Assembly (NCBI RefSeq): GCF_004010195.1
Contig: NC_057752.1
Span: 9,185,323 to 9,249,322, forward strand
Length of the DNA stretch: 64,000 nucleotides
Direction: 5' to 3'
From: Chiloscyllium plagiosum
Taxonomy: Eukaryota
Shown here: piece by piece, positions 13,666-26,523 of the stretch
Layout of the letters: each line of letters opens with the position of its first letter
Position numbering within the stretch: position 1 is the first letter of the stretch
Notes under the pieces: generated by a model
Databases searched by the model: none
What the model saw: the letters and a program-made list of their open reading frames with translations, nothing else
Told to the model about the DNA's origin: nothing
Translations under genes and position numbers: made by a program

Positions 13666-14767
13666 AAAATTTTCCTTAGCAAAATATAGAACTTGAATTC
13701 CTCACCCATCCTTGTCCTTTTCCATTATTATGCAAAATCTAACTGCGTGATGGTCACTATCTCAAATTATCCCCTCTTGCGACACACATTCAATCTGCTC
13801 AGGCTCATTTCTGAATATTAGGTCCAGAACTGCCCCTTCCCTTGTTGGGCTTTTTACATACTGGCTGGAAAAAGTTCTGGATGCAGTTCAAGAATTTTGT
13901 GCCCTCCTATCTTGCACACTTAAAACTATTCCAGTTAATATTTGGGGAGTTAGAATCCCCTACTATTTCTGCCTTATTATTTTTGTACTTCTCAGAAAAT
14001 TTGATTACATATTTGATCCACTATCTTTCATTGACTGCGGTATATCATATACACCTAACACTGTTTTCCCCTTTTTTTTTTTTTTGTTTCTTTTACTTCG
14101 ACCCATATGGCCTCGTTTGATGATCCATCCAAGATATCATCACTGCTATGATTGATTATTTGATCAGTATTTCACCCCTGCTCAAGCATCCCTTCTTTAG
14201 CTCATCTGGATGTAAGCAGGAATGTTAGGCTGCCAATCCTGCCTAAATTTCAGCCGAATCTTGATCCGAGCTATAATATCATACACTCACCGACCTACCT
14301 TTAGACCTGTTTGTTGGTCTTCTATGAAGAAGAGGCACACTGGACTTGATATGTTAACACCATTTTGCACTCAGTTGCTGCCGGAACTGATGAGTTGCTC
14401 CAGTGTTCTGTGTTTGTGCCCTCACCTTCTCTGTCTTGTATTTTAATACAAAGAATCTGAAGAATATCCTATTTAGCCTTGCTAAATGCACTACGGTACT
14501 TTCTTTATTAGCCCATGTTTCCTCTGCCTTTCAGACCATTTATTCACAGTTTAACTTGTAAATCTGTTTTGCCCTCTCTGAACTACTTGTCATGATCCCA
14601 TGCCCCACCTACACCAGCAATCTTGGTTGAGAGATAACATTTAGGTTCTTATCACTTACTGGTGTACTGACATTCCTCTCATTTTTTTGGTGGAGCTTTT
14701 TATGACAAGTCTGACATTGTGAAATTTGTTCTGTTTGTATAAATGGTCATGTTAAATAGTAACGTTC

Positions 14768-16141
14768 ATCAGAGTCATAGATGTACAGCACTGAAACAGT
14801 CCCTTTGGTCCAACTTGTCCATGCCGAGCAGATATCCCAACCCAATCTAATCTCACCTGCCAGTACCCGGCCCATATCCCTCCAAACCCTTCCTATTCAT
14901 ATACCCATCCAAATGCCTTTTAAATGTTGCAATTGTACCAGCCTCCACCACGTCCTCTGGCTGCTCATTCCATACACGTAACACCCTCTGTGTGAAAATG
15001 TTGCCCCTGAGGTCTCTCTTATATCTTTCCCCTCTCGCCCTAAACCTCTGCCATCTAGTTCTGGCCTCCCCACCCCAACGGAAAGACCTTTGTCTATTTA
15101 CCCTACCTGTGCCCCTCATGATTTTATAAACCTCTATAAGGTCACCCCTCAGCCTCCGATGCCCCAGGGAAAACAGCCCCAGCCTGTTCAGCCTCTCCCT
15201 ATAGCTCAAATCCTCCAACCCTGGCAACATCCTTGTAAATCTTTTCTGAACCCTTTCAAGTTTCACAATATCCTTCCGATAGGAAGGAGACCAGAATTGC
15301 ACGCAATATTCCAACAGCAGCCTAACCAATGTCCTGTACTGCCGCAACATGACCTCCCAACTCCTGTACTCAATACTCTGACAAATAAAGGAAAGCATAC
15401 CAAATGCCTCCTTCACTATCCTATCTACCTGTGACTCCACTTTCAAGGAGCTATGAACCTGCACTGCAAGGTCTCTTTGTTCAGCAACACTCCCTCGGAC
15501 CTTACCATTAAGTGTATAAGTCCTGCTAAGATTTGCTTTCCCAAAATGCAGCACCTCGCATTTATCTGAATTAAATTCCCTCTGCCACTTCTCAGCCTAT
15601 CTGGTCAAGATCCTGTTGTAATCTGAGGTAACCCTCTTCGCTGTCCACTATACCTCCAATTTTGCTGTCATTTGCAAACTTACTAGCTATACCTCCTATA
15701 CTCTCATCCAAATCATTTATATAAATGATGATGAAAAGTAGTGGACCCAGCACCGATCCTTGTGGCACTCCACTGGTCACAGGCCTCCAGTCTGAAAAAC
15801 AACCCTCCACCATCACCCTGTCTTCTACCTTTTGAGCTAGTTCTGGATCCAAATGGCTAGTTCTCCCTGTATTCCATGAGGTCTAACCTTGCTAACCAGT
15901 CTCCCATGGGGAAACTGGCCGAACGCATTATTGAAGTCCATATAGATCATGTCTACTGCTCTGCCCACATCAATCCTTTTCGTTACTTCAAAAAAAACTC
16001 AATCAAGTTTGTGAGAAGTGATTTCCCACACACAAAGCCATGTTGACTATCCCTAATCGGTCCTTGCCTTTCCAAATACATGTACATCCTGTCCCTCAGG
16101 ATTCCCTCCAACAACTTGCCCACCACTGACGTCAGGCTCAC
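14768..16141 (-). mobile_element. CR1 LINE 3' 1.4 kb (RT)
   Basis: SGVPQGSVLGPLLF..YINDLD..KFANDSK and a 233-aa RT C-terminal ORF (14853-15554). Confidence 0.95.
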
Positions 16142-16244
16142 CCAGCCCATAACCAGGGCAAAAGGTATTTGGACTGCATATTTGAGAGCAAGAGGAAAGA
16201 GTCCTTTTTTTTTTGGAATACTATGTTTAGCTTAGCTCTGCCTG

Positions 16245-16697
16245 CTATAGGAAAGATCCTATAGGGTGCAGAAAAGATTTGCAAGGATGTTGCTGCAATT
16301 GGCAAGTTTGAGCAAGAGAGAGGGGCTGAATGGGCTGAGGTTTTTTTTTCCCCCTGGAGCTGGGTGGGTGAATATCCAATGTCTTTTTCTCAGGTATGGG
16401 AGTCTAAAACTGGAGGGCATAGTTTTAAGATGAGAGGGGAAAATTTAAAAAGGACCTGAGAGGTAACTTTTTATCCAGAGGGTGGTGCATGTATGGAATG
16501 AGCTCCCAGAGGAAGTGGTGGAGGCTGGAACATTTGCAGCATTTAAAAGGCATCTGAATGGGGATATGAATAGGAATGGTTGAGAGCGATATGGGCCAAG
16601 TGCTGGCAAATGTGACTGGATTAATTTTGGATATCTGGTCAGCACTGATGAGTTGGACCGAAGGGTCTATTTCCATGCTGTGTAACTCGACAGAGTC
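16245..16697 (+). mobile_element. CR1 LINE 3' fragment
   Basis: Reverse-complement homology to the tail at 14768-15260. Confidence 0.85.
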
Positions 16698-16955
16698 AAT
16701 TAATTAAGTGTTTCAGCATTTGGATGTGTTGTGATCAAGCTCAATGTGCCACATGCACACTGGACCTTTTTGTAAAAAAACTGTACTTTAAAAGGGAGAT
16801 TGTTAGCAGCCTAAGACTTATTAATCTTTTTGCATGTAAATATTACCTGTGTGCATTTCTATTGCAATGAAAAAGGACACTACTGTAAATGGCCCAAATT
16901 GTTATAGTACAAACTCTGGAATTTCTTTCTGTGGAAAGAACAGACTTCATATTGT

Positions 16956-17745
16956 AAACAAAAACAGAAATGGCTAGAGACACTCAGCATGTGTGGCAGC
17001 ATCTGTGGAGAGAAAGCAGGCTTAACTTTTTGGTCCAATGATCATCTTCAGAACTGATGAGCTGGGAAACGGTTCATATTTATGCTGAAGATGGAGTGGG
17101 GAGGTAGGAGGAAGAGTAAACAATAGGTGGCGATAGAGCCCAGAGTGAGTGTGTAAAACAGTTGGGCAGACAAAGGCATGAGTAAAACCCTTCCTGATGA
17201 AGGGCTTATGCCTGCAACATCGATTCTCCTGCTCCTCAGATGCTGTCTGACTGGCTGTGCTTTTCCAGCACCACATTCTTGACTGTAATCTCCAGCATCT
17301 GCAGTCCTCGCTTTCTCCTCCCATGGGTAAAGGTCAGCCTGGGGGAATCAACAGCTGCTAACAGGGACTATTGGTATCTGGCAATGGGTTGTTTGTGGTA
17401 GCAGACCATGTGATGGCAAGGCTTAGTGTGGGAGTTGGGGTCAGGACGTGGGAGAAGATCATAGTCACACAGCACAGAAACAGACCCTTTGGTGCTCAAA
17501 CCCTAAAGTTTTTGAACCTGAGAGTCCAGAAGGCTGCAAGGTTCCGAAGCAGGCAATGAGGTGGTGTTCCAGCTTGTGCTGAGCTTCACTAGAGCACTGT
17601 AACAAGCCTGAGAAAGATGTTGGCCAAGGAACAGGGTGGTGTGTTGAAGTGGCAGGCAACTGGAAGCTCAGGGTCATTTTTACAAACCGAATGTGAGTGT
17701 TCTATTGTCTAGTCTGTGCTCCTCTCCCCAGTGTAGAGGAGACTG
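16956..17745 (-). mobile_element. Decayed Neptune-type PLE 3' end and pLTR, with a nested + strand pLTR fragment at ~17187-17320
   Basis: Minus ORF contains AQHKLEHHLIACFGTLQPSGL, and the pLTR resembles 33425-33745. The nested insert ttcCTGATGAagggcttatgcctgcaac is flanked by catgagtaaa (17177-17186) / catgggtaaa (17322-17331). Confidence 0.7.
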
Positions 17746-20700
17746 CAAGCTGCTTATATTTAATTTAAGGTATCCTAAAGGAGGAGATAGAGGTAGTTTT
17801 GACATCTGAGTTTGGGGTCCAGGCAGCTGAAGACATGGCAACCATTGGATTGAAGAAAATCCGACAACAGCAGCCAACACTTTAATATCAGTATGCACAG
17901 CAAGGTCCCAGTAACAAGATACAACGTGAAGAACAGCTCAGCAGAATATATCTTTTGGTAAATGAATTTGATGGCCAGTTTTGTTTTGGTGCTGAAGGGT
18001 GACTGGCTGTGCCCTCCCTTGTTTCCCTTTTGAATAGTTCTTAATCTTTATTGTGTCCACCTGAGAAGGCAGACACTACCTTGGTTAAAAATCTCCCCAG
18101 AAGCATGGCGTAACAACACATTGTGCCCTCGGCCAGGATCACCTGCGGAAGTTAGTGTAGCCTGAACCCATGACTTTTTTTTTTCTCTACCCACAAGGGT
18201 TATGCTACACAACTGAGCACCTCCCCATCACTAAAATCACTGTGATTTTTTTTTTTGTTTGTTTTTGCTTTTATTTGTCACCACCAGTAAAAATGTTCGT
18301 GTAGTCAATTCAGTATTTTCGAGCAAAGCCCATTATGGGTAATGCAAACCATCAAAGGTGAGGGGGAGGTATGGAGAACAGGAAGGGACTAAATCAAAGT
18401 GGAGTTGGAGGGGGAAATAAGGCACTGTATCCCCCACTGTGGCCACCTTTCTTTAAACGCATGGAGTGTATTGATGGACACTGCGTATTCCTTTTCCAAC
18501 GAGACCCAGGCATGAATGTAATCAGGGAAGAAGGACAAACAGTTGGTAAAGAGAACAACTTCCACCATCTGCTGTCTGACTTGGTTTTTTTGAGGTGAAA
18601 GTGCTGTAATCTGAACCAATAATCAATTAAATAAGATTCCAAAAACCACTTTTCATATGGTACCTTTTTAAACATTGTAAAATATCCCAAGGTGCTACTT
18701 CGGAGTGTTATTAAACAAATGGGCACTGAGCCACTTGAAGGGAATGTTTGAAATGACTAAATGCTTGACCACAGGTAATTTTAAGGAATATTTTGGAGGT
18801 TAAGTGGTTATGTTGTAAATCATAAGTTAGTGCGCTCCAATATTTGTCTAATTTAGTATGTTTTGTAAAATACTAGCTTTTTCAAGTTAAATTTCCTGCT
18901 CTATTGTGTTTTCTGTATTTCTAAATGAAACCTGCATCGCTTTTCAGTCTATTTAGTATCTGTTCTATGTGGCATAACTCTTTGTTTTTGCAGGGCACTC
19001 TATAAAGATGGTAAGTTAAATGCAGATTTCGGAGCTCTACAGGAATTAAATTGACATTCTCTATGTGCATTCTATATCCAAGTCTGTCTGTCAAAAAGGT
19101 TTCTTTAAAGCTGAGGTATAATTCAGTAGTGTGCCTTGATTTATTACGACATGTTTAGTGTTCTGTTCTGGCTGCTTCCTATTTTAATTCAAACTGCCCT
19201 GTCTCCATTCCTCCATACAATATTCATATGTGCATGTTTCTTACTGTTCATATCTAATGATAGGTTGGGTCCAATAAAAAATTTCAGTATTCCTTGTAGT
19301 TAGTGCTGTACTCTATTGTGTAACTGAAACCTGGTGACAAACAGAGAATGCTAAAGAAACTCTGGGAGCATTTGTGGAGAGAGAAATAAAGTTAACAATT
19401 TGAGTTCAGGCATGACTCCAACTGAAATCTGGTGATCCTATTCTGTTGTGCATATGTAAAATTGAGACCCCATAAGCAGTTTAATATTGGTCATCTACTT
19501 CATGCAGTCTGGAAATGCTTGTATGATCTAGTCATGCTGGGTGATGATTTGAATTTCTAATCATATTCTTGAATCAAAATCCACTTTCCAGAATACTCTT
19601 GGTTTTGAAATAATGCTCATATCTTAAGAATACCTCTGAGTTCTGTATCGGTTACAGACAACAATCACTGTTGATATCTCTGCATTCCCTGACCCCCTCG
19701 GTCAATACGTTACTTGATCTTCTCAGTTTTCTTAAGCTTCTGCGTGTCCTGATTTGATGTAATAGATATTTTAATGAGTTTTTAATTTTCAGAACTGGGG
19801 ACAGGTTTAGAATACCAAAATAAAACTATAAAATCTATACAATAAATGTTCAATTCACTTAATAGTTAATTGCTTTGCCATTTTTTAAAATTAAAACTTT
19901 AATACGAACTTGTTGCAGGAAATCTTATCAAACCGAGAAGGTGGATTGGCTACCGGTAACATCATCTGATTATTTAACTATAAATATAGCCACAAAGTAA
20001 CGCATAATTCAAACCATGCAGCGCTATCTTTCTCCGATTTTCACATTTTGGAGTATTGCAATGTTATTTGTACTTATTCTAATCTGATATTTTTTGATGT
20101 GTATGTATGTTGAATTTTTGAGAGTCTGTGATGTCTCTCCAAAAAAATGAGTTTTCCTCGTAGCTTGGCAAATGTATCCACCAATCTATCTTTGTGTGGC
20201 TTAATCAATGATGGCTCCATTATAGGAATATTACCACAGAACACTGGATGTCATCATCCATTGTGATGAGATGGGAATTAAATTCTTGCCATACCAGTGT
20301 TGTGAAAGTCCTGAAAATAAATATGTATCACATTTTTGGTTGAGTCCCTTTTATAGAGTTGTTTGAGAACTGGGTCATAACTTCTGTCCTCACATTTTCC
20401 ATCTCTTCTCAATTAGATAGGTGAACGCTTTGTTTGAGACTTGTATGCGCTCACATGAGAAAAAAGAGCAGATTGGAGGAGCATTGATAGGGGATTGAAG
20501 AGTATTTTCCATTTAAGGGTTTTGAAGTTGACCGGTGACTTGATTGAATGGCAATCCAGAAGTCAGGAGTTTTTTTTTTGGTCATGATCACAAGCTGATG
20601 CACTGGCTGTTTGCTGTAATATGCAATATATTTTTGGAAACATTTCTGCAGACTTCTCAGCATGTTCCACTTGTATTTTTTTTAGAAAATCTGACTTCAT

Positions 20701-20848
20701 TTAAATTTCAGGTGTTGTTGTAAAATACTTCTGAATGGTGAAGTACTTTAGAACATCTTGAAATTATGAAATTGTTGTATGCATCTCCATTCTTCTGTAT
20801 GTCGAAGCTGTAAGAAACAGCAAGTTTATACTTCCTTGTCATTCAATG

Positions 20849-21764
20849 ATTTCGAGATGCTGGTGTTGGACTGGGGTGTACAAAGTTTAAAAATCTCACA
20901 ACACCAGGATCTAGCCCAACAGGTTTAATTGAAGCACTAGCTATCGGAGTGCTGCTCCTTCATCAGGTGGTTGGTGGAGTACACAATTGTAAGACACAGA
21001 ATTTATAGCAAAACTTTACATGTGATGTAACTGAAATTAATCATTGAAAAATACCTTTATTGTTTGAGTCTCTCTCATAGGTAAATCACACAACTTTTGT
21101 TAAAAGTTGCATTCATAGGTTAACTTCAACAATTGGTGTCAGCCCAGATATGTTGAAGGTGTTAGCCCCCTGTGTGCTGTTGTCTGTGCTATAATGTTTA
21201 GACTGATTGATTCTAATCTAAACATTTGAGTGAAGAGGCTTACATGGATTCATGCAGTTTTTGAGCAAAAGAGTGCATGTATGTGTATAGTTCTCTTGCC
21301 TATATTTGTGGAGTGAATTTGTACATGCAGAGTTACATTGTACTTTGCTCAAAAACTGCATGAATCCATGTAAGACTCTGTTAACTTTTTTTGTCGATTA
21401 GAATCAGTCTAAACATTATGGCGCAGACAACAGCACACAGGGGGCTAACACCTTCAACATATTATCTGGGCTGACATCAATTGTTAAAGTTAACCTGAGA
21501 ATGTTACTTTTTAAAGTTTTGTGATTTACATATGAAAGAAGTGAAACTAACTTGGTCACTCTAACAGATGAGAGACTCAACAAACAATAGAGATATTTTT
21601 CAATGTATAATTTTAATTACATCAAACTGTAGACTTTTGCTATAAATTCTGTCTTACAATTGTGTACTCCACAACGACCTGATGAAGGAGCGGCGCTCCG
21701 AAAGCTAGTGTTTCCAATTAAACCTGTTCGACTATAACCTGGTGTTGGGTGATTTTTTTTAAAC
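20849..21764. mobile_element. ~0.9 kb PLE-derived fold-back element with hammerhead motifs near both ends
   Basis: Inverted arms ~20885-21270 / ~21343-21764, e.g. cttacatggattcatgcagtttttgagcaaa vs tttgctcaaaaactgcatgaatccatgtaag. TSD tgtcattcaatg (20837-20848) / tgtgattcaatg (21765-21776). Confidence 0.85.
21676..21710 (+). ncRNA. Minimal type-I hammerhead ribozyme-like motif
   Basis: gac-CTGATGA-A-GGAGC-ggc-GCTCC-GAAAGCTA-gtg: core, perfect 5-bp stem II, palindromic AGCT stem III. Confidence 0.65.
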
Positions 21765-22046
21765 TGTGATTCAATGGCGACTGTAAATTGATAATTCTTT
21801 CAAACGGAGAACACACTAGAATTTTTTATAAAACATTTTTTGCCCTTAATTTTTCTCTCTTCAGTGGTTAAAGGTAGCATTTTGGAATTTATTTTTGGAC
21901 AATAGATTCCTGATAAAGCTCTGAGTGTTCTGTTAAAGTTTGCAAAACCATTCTGAAAGTCTTATGTGAATAGTTGGTTAGGAATGCAGAACTTGAGTAT
22001 TGCTGAAAAAGACATTTTTATTATCATAGCTCTTTCATTTGCACTT

Positions 22047-22555
22047 AGAATCAAAGTCATAAAGCATAGAAGAGATCCTTTCAACCCACCGAGCCTATGC
22101 TGATAATCTCACTTTGTAGCACTTGGCCCATAGTCTTGATTGTGATGAAGTTTCAAATACTCATCCAGGTTCTTTTTGAAGATTGTGAAGTTTCCTGCCT
22201 CTTGAAACCCCCCCCCCCCCTCCCCCCAGCAGTGCATTCCAAATTCCCACCACCCTCCTATGTACAAAATGTTTTTGCTCCAATCCCCTCTGCTTCCTGC
22301 CCTTCACCACCTTTTAAAATTATGCAACCTTGCTGTTGACTGACTGTGTTCAGCTATGGAGAACACCACCTGCTTACTGTCCATGCCCCTCATAATCTGA
22401 TACACCTCAGTGAGGCACCCATCAGCTTCTCTGCCTTAAAGAAAATAGCCCGAACTTATTTAGCCTATCATCTTGGCTAAACTGGTCCAAACGAGGCAAC
22501 ATCCTGCTGAATATCCTGTGCACACCATCCAATGTAATCGCATTCTTCCTATATT
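22047..22555 (-). mobile_element. Old CR1 LINE 3' fragment
   Basis: Degenerate homology to other CR1 tails (ccatgcccctcataat, ggcaacatcctg). Confidence 0.65.
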
Positions 22556-22574
22556 CCAGCCTTCCAGGAAGGCA

Positions 22575-22870
22575 ATAGCTTCGTGATATTGTCGCTAGAC
22601 TAATATTCTGGGGACCTGGGTTCGAATCCTGCCATGCAGGTGGTAGAATTTGAACCCCATTTTTAAAAAGAAAGTCGTCCAGAGTTAAGAATCAACTGAT
22701 GACCAAGACACCATTATTGATTGTCAGGAAAACCCCATCTGGCTCACGAAAGCCTTTAGGGAAGGGAATATGCCATCCTTACCTGGTCTGGCCTGTATGT
22801 GATTTCAGAACCACAGCAATGTGGTTAACTCTCAACTGCCCTCTGAAATGGCTTAGCAAGCCACTCGATT
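22575..22870 (+). mobile_element. tRNA-headed SINE-like repeat (related copies ~40760-41090 minus, ~50190-50430 plus)
   Basis: B-box-like GGTTCGAATCC near 22619. Body ccttacctggtctggcc..gtgatttcaga is shared with the other copies. Confidence 0.55.
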
Positions 22871-23224
22871 GAATGGTAGCTAGTCAGACTAGCTACCTGA
22901 CGAAGGAACAGCACTCCGAAAGTTTGTACTTCCAAATAAACCTGTTGGATTGGTGTTGTGATTTTTTTTTTTATTTAAAAACTTGGATAAAAGTAAGTAT
23001 CACATGCTGTCTTAACCTGTTTTGCTGCCTTCAGAGATCTGTAGATGAGCACCCCAGATCCCTCTGGTCCTCTGAGCATCTAAGTGTCCTGCATCTAAGA
23101 GCACCAAACGGATAGATTTGGTTTCCCCCTTGAATTGGTATTTTTGTAAACTTGTTCTGCTGAGTGCAAAACAAATAGCTTTGCTGAAAAAATACATCTT
23201 ACCAATACTTGCGTGTTGAAGTGT

Positions 23225-24095
23225 TTCAGTGCAGAGGAATCTGGGTGTCTTTGTGCATGAATCACACGGACGAGTATGCAGGTACAGCAGGTAATAAGAA
23301 AGGCAAATGGAATTTTGGCATTTAATGAGACTATACCTGGGGTATTGTTTACATTTTTTTGCTTTGCTTATTCAAAGAGGGATGTAGTTGCATTGGATGC
23401 AGTTCAGAGGAGGTTCACTAGATTGGTACCAGACATGAGATGTTTGCTCAATCGCACTTGGTTAGGCAGATTGGGCCTATACTCTCTTCTGTTAAGAATG
23501 AGAGGCGATCTAACTGAGATATATAAGATGCTATCGGGGATAATAGTTGGGCGGCACGGTGGCACAGTGGTTAGCACTGCTGCCTCACAGCACCAGAAAC
23601 CTGGGTTCAATTCCCGACTCGGGCGACTGACTGTGTGGAGTTTGCACGTTCTCCCCATGTCTGCGTGGGTTTCCTCTGGGTGCTCCGGTTTCCTCCCACA
23701 GTCCAAAGATGTGCACGTCAGGTGAATTGGCCATGCTAAATTGCCTGTAGTGTTAGGTAAAGGGGTAAATGTAGGGGAATGGGTGGGTTACGCTTCGGCG
23801 GGTCGGTGTGGACTTGTTGGGCCGAAGGGCCTGTTTCCACACTAAGTAATCTAATCTAATCTAAAGATGCTTCCCTTGTCTGGCAATCTAGAGCAAGAAG
23901 TCATAATTTTAGGCTAATAATTTGCAGATTTAGAACAGATGAAGGATTACTTTTCAAAAGGTTGTGAACCTGTGGAATTCACTATCTTAGAGTGCGATGC
24001 ATGTTGGGACATTGAGTAAATTTTAAAGAGGAGATAGATTTTTTTTTAAACAAAATTTGGTAATGGGTTGAAGGGCTATGGAGAGTGGATAGCAA
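23225..24095 (+). mobile_element. CR1 LINE 3' fragment, interrupted by a SINE; tail resumes at ~28860-28945
   Basis: QVQQVIRKANGILAF...DVVALDAVQRRFTRLVP..RMRGDLTEIYKML. CR1-type tail is found after the nested insertions. Confidence 0.75.
23549..23864 (+). mobile_element. HE1-type V-SINE, full length
   Basis: A box TGGCACAGTGG (23560-23570), B box GGTTCAATTCC (23604-23614), V-domain (gtgtggagtttgcacgttctcccc..tgctccggtttcctcccacagtccaaaga), LINE-like tail and (taatc)n end. Confidence 0.9.
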
Positions 24096-24102
24096 ACTAT
24101 AC

Positions 24103-26523
24103 AGCTGCTATTTATTGCCCAGCCATATTTCTGTTCCTCAGTTTGCCTCCCATTCATGTGTCTATCAAGATCTGCTTTTAAACGTTGCTAACGTGTCTAC
24201 TTCTACCACCTCCACTGACCAGTACATTGCAGGCACCCACCACCCTCTGTGTGAAAACTTTTCCTCGCACTTCCCATCTAAACTTTTTCCCCCTCACCTT
24301 GAACCTGTGCCTTCCTGTAGTTGACCTTTCTACCCTGGGGGAAAAGATCCTCCGATTATCCACCCAATCTATGGACCAGGCAACATCCTGGTAAACCTTC
24401 TTCTGCACCCAATCTAAGGCAACCACGTCCTTCTGATAATGTGGTGACCACAACTGGATGCAATATTCCAAATGTGGCTGAACTAACGTTTTATACAACC
24501 GTAACGTATCTTGCCAACTTTTATATTCTGTGCCCTGGCCGCTGAAGGCAAGCATGCTGTATGCCTTCTTGACCACCTTATCTACTTGTGTTGCCACTTT
24601 TTCAGGGACCTGTATGTCCAGATTCGTTTTGTATGTCAGTGATCCTAAGGGTTCTGTCATTTTATTGTATAATTTGTAGCAGAATTTGATCTTCCAAAAT
24701 GCATCCCCCCTCATTTGTCTATCTCTCATTTCTCTCCCCAAATCTACAATCTATGTCCCTGTGTATCCTTTGATATTCTTTCTCACTATCTGAACTCTGC
24801 CAATTTTGGTGCCGTTCGCAGACCTACTATTCAGGCCACTTGCGGTTTCCTCTGGATCATCATCATTTAGTTATTACAGACAGCAAAGGTCCCAGCACTG
24901 ATCCCTGTGGAACACCACGGGTTACTGATGTCCATTCCGAAAAGCATCCTTCCACCGCTACGGTTTTCTATGACCAAGCCGGTTCTGTATCCGTCCAGCC
25001 AGCACACCCCAGGTCCCGTGAGACTTGTACCAGCCTGCCATAAGGTTTAAAAACCTACCTTATCAAATGCCTTCCTTTTATTAAAGTTCATGAGGACAAC
25101 ATTCACTGCCCTTCCCTCCTCGATCATTCTCGTCACTTCAAAAAACTTAATCAAGTTGGTGAGACGTAACCTTCCCTGTACAAACCCGTGCTGTCGATTA
25201 GTAACCAGTCCGTTCACTTTCAAACGTGAATAAATCCTATCTCTCGGTATCATTCCCAACAGCTTCCCCACCACTGACGTCAGGCTCAATGGCCTGTAAT
25301 TACCTGGCTTATTTTGGTTTCCCTTAAACAAAGGAACAACATTGGCCAATCTCCAATCCTCTGGAAACTCACCTGAGGCCAAAGAGGATGCAAAGGTAAC
25401 TGTTAAGGCCGCAGCTATTTCCTCCCTTGCCCCTCACTGTATCCTGGGATAGATACCATCGGGTTCTGGGGACTTGTCTACCTAAATATCTTTCAAGACA
25501 CCAAATACTTCCTCCTCCTCCATTATGTTGACCAGCCTGAGAGTATTCACATACCTTTCCCTAACCTCAACATCCCTCACATTCCTCTCTTTTTTTGGGG
25601 TGAATAACAATGTAAAGTACTCATTAAGGATCTCACCCATTTCCTCTGGCTCCACACATTACTTCCCTCCTTTTTATCCTTGAGTGGGCCTACTGATTTT
25701 CCCTGATGACCCTCTTGTTCCTAATATTTGTATAGAATTCCTTGGGGTTTTCCTCTAACCTTGGTGGCCATGTTTAGCCCTGCTAGCTCCCTGTTTTGAG
25801 CTCCTTCCTACTTTCTCAATATTTTATTTTCACTAAGTTGATGCCTTTCCCTGCCATCCAAGGTTCCTGAATACTGACATTCCTATCCTTCATTTCCACA
25901 GGAACATGCCTGTCATGCCCTGTAATCAATTGGACTTTGAATGACTCTCTCCCATGTCAGATGTGGTTTAACCCTCAAACAGCTGCTCCCAATCCGCATT
26001 CTTCAATTCTTGTTTAATTTGGTTATAGTTAGCCTTCCCCCAAATTAACGCCTTCATTCAAGGTCCGCTCTTGTCCTTGTCAATAAATATCCGAAAACTT
26101 ATGCAATTACTGTCATTGTTGCCAAAATGCACCCCCACTGAAACTTTGATCACCTGGCTGAGCTCATTTCCCAATATCAGGTCCAGTATGGCCCCCTCCC
26201 TTGTTGGACTATCCACATATTGTTTCAAAAAATCCTCCTGGACAAACGTAGCAAATTGCTCCCCATCCAAACCCCCAGCACGAAGGGAGTCCCAGTCAAT
26301 ATGGCGGAAGCTAAAATCACCAACTATCACAACAGTGTTATTTTTGCATATTTCCAGAGTCTGCCTGCATATCTCTTCCTCTGCCTCCCACTGGGAAGTC
26401 TGTAGTACAATGCTCGCGTTGTGATTGCACCCTTCCTATTCCTGAGCTGTACCCATAATGCCTCGCTGCAAGATCCCTCCAGGGTGTCCTCCCTGGATAT
26501 GCTCCCTAACCAGTAATGCAACT
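24103..26523 (-). mobile_element. Decayed CR1 (APE endonuclease plus RT remnants), copy A; 5' part resumes at ~28467-28858
   Basis: VGDFSFRHIDW..PTREGAILDLIL, PEDWRLANVVPLFKG..PGNYRPLSLTSVVGK and LEYCIQLWSP. Confidence 0.9.

Noticed and set aside
23549..23620. tRNA-like A and B boxes
   Set aside because: This is the head of a SINE, not a tRNA gene.
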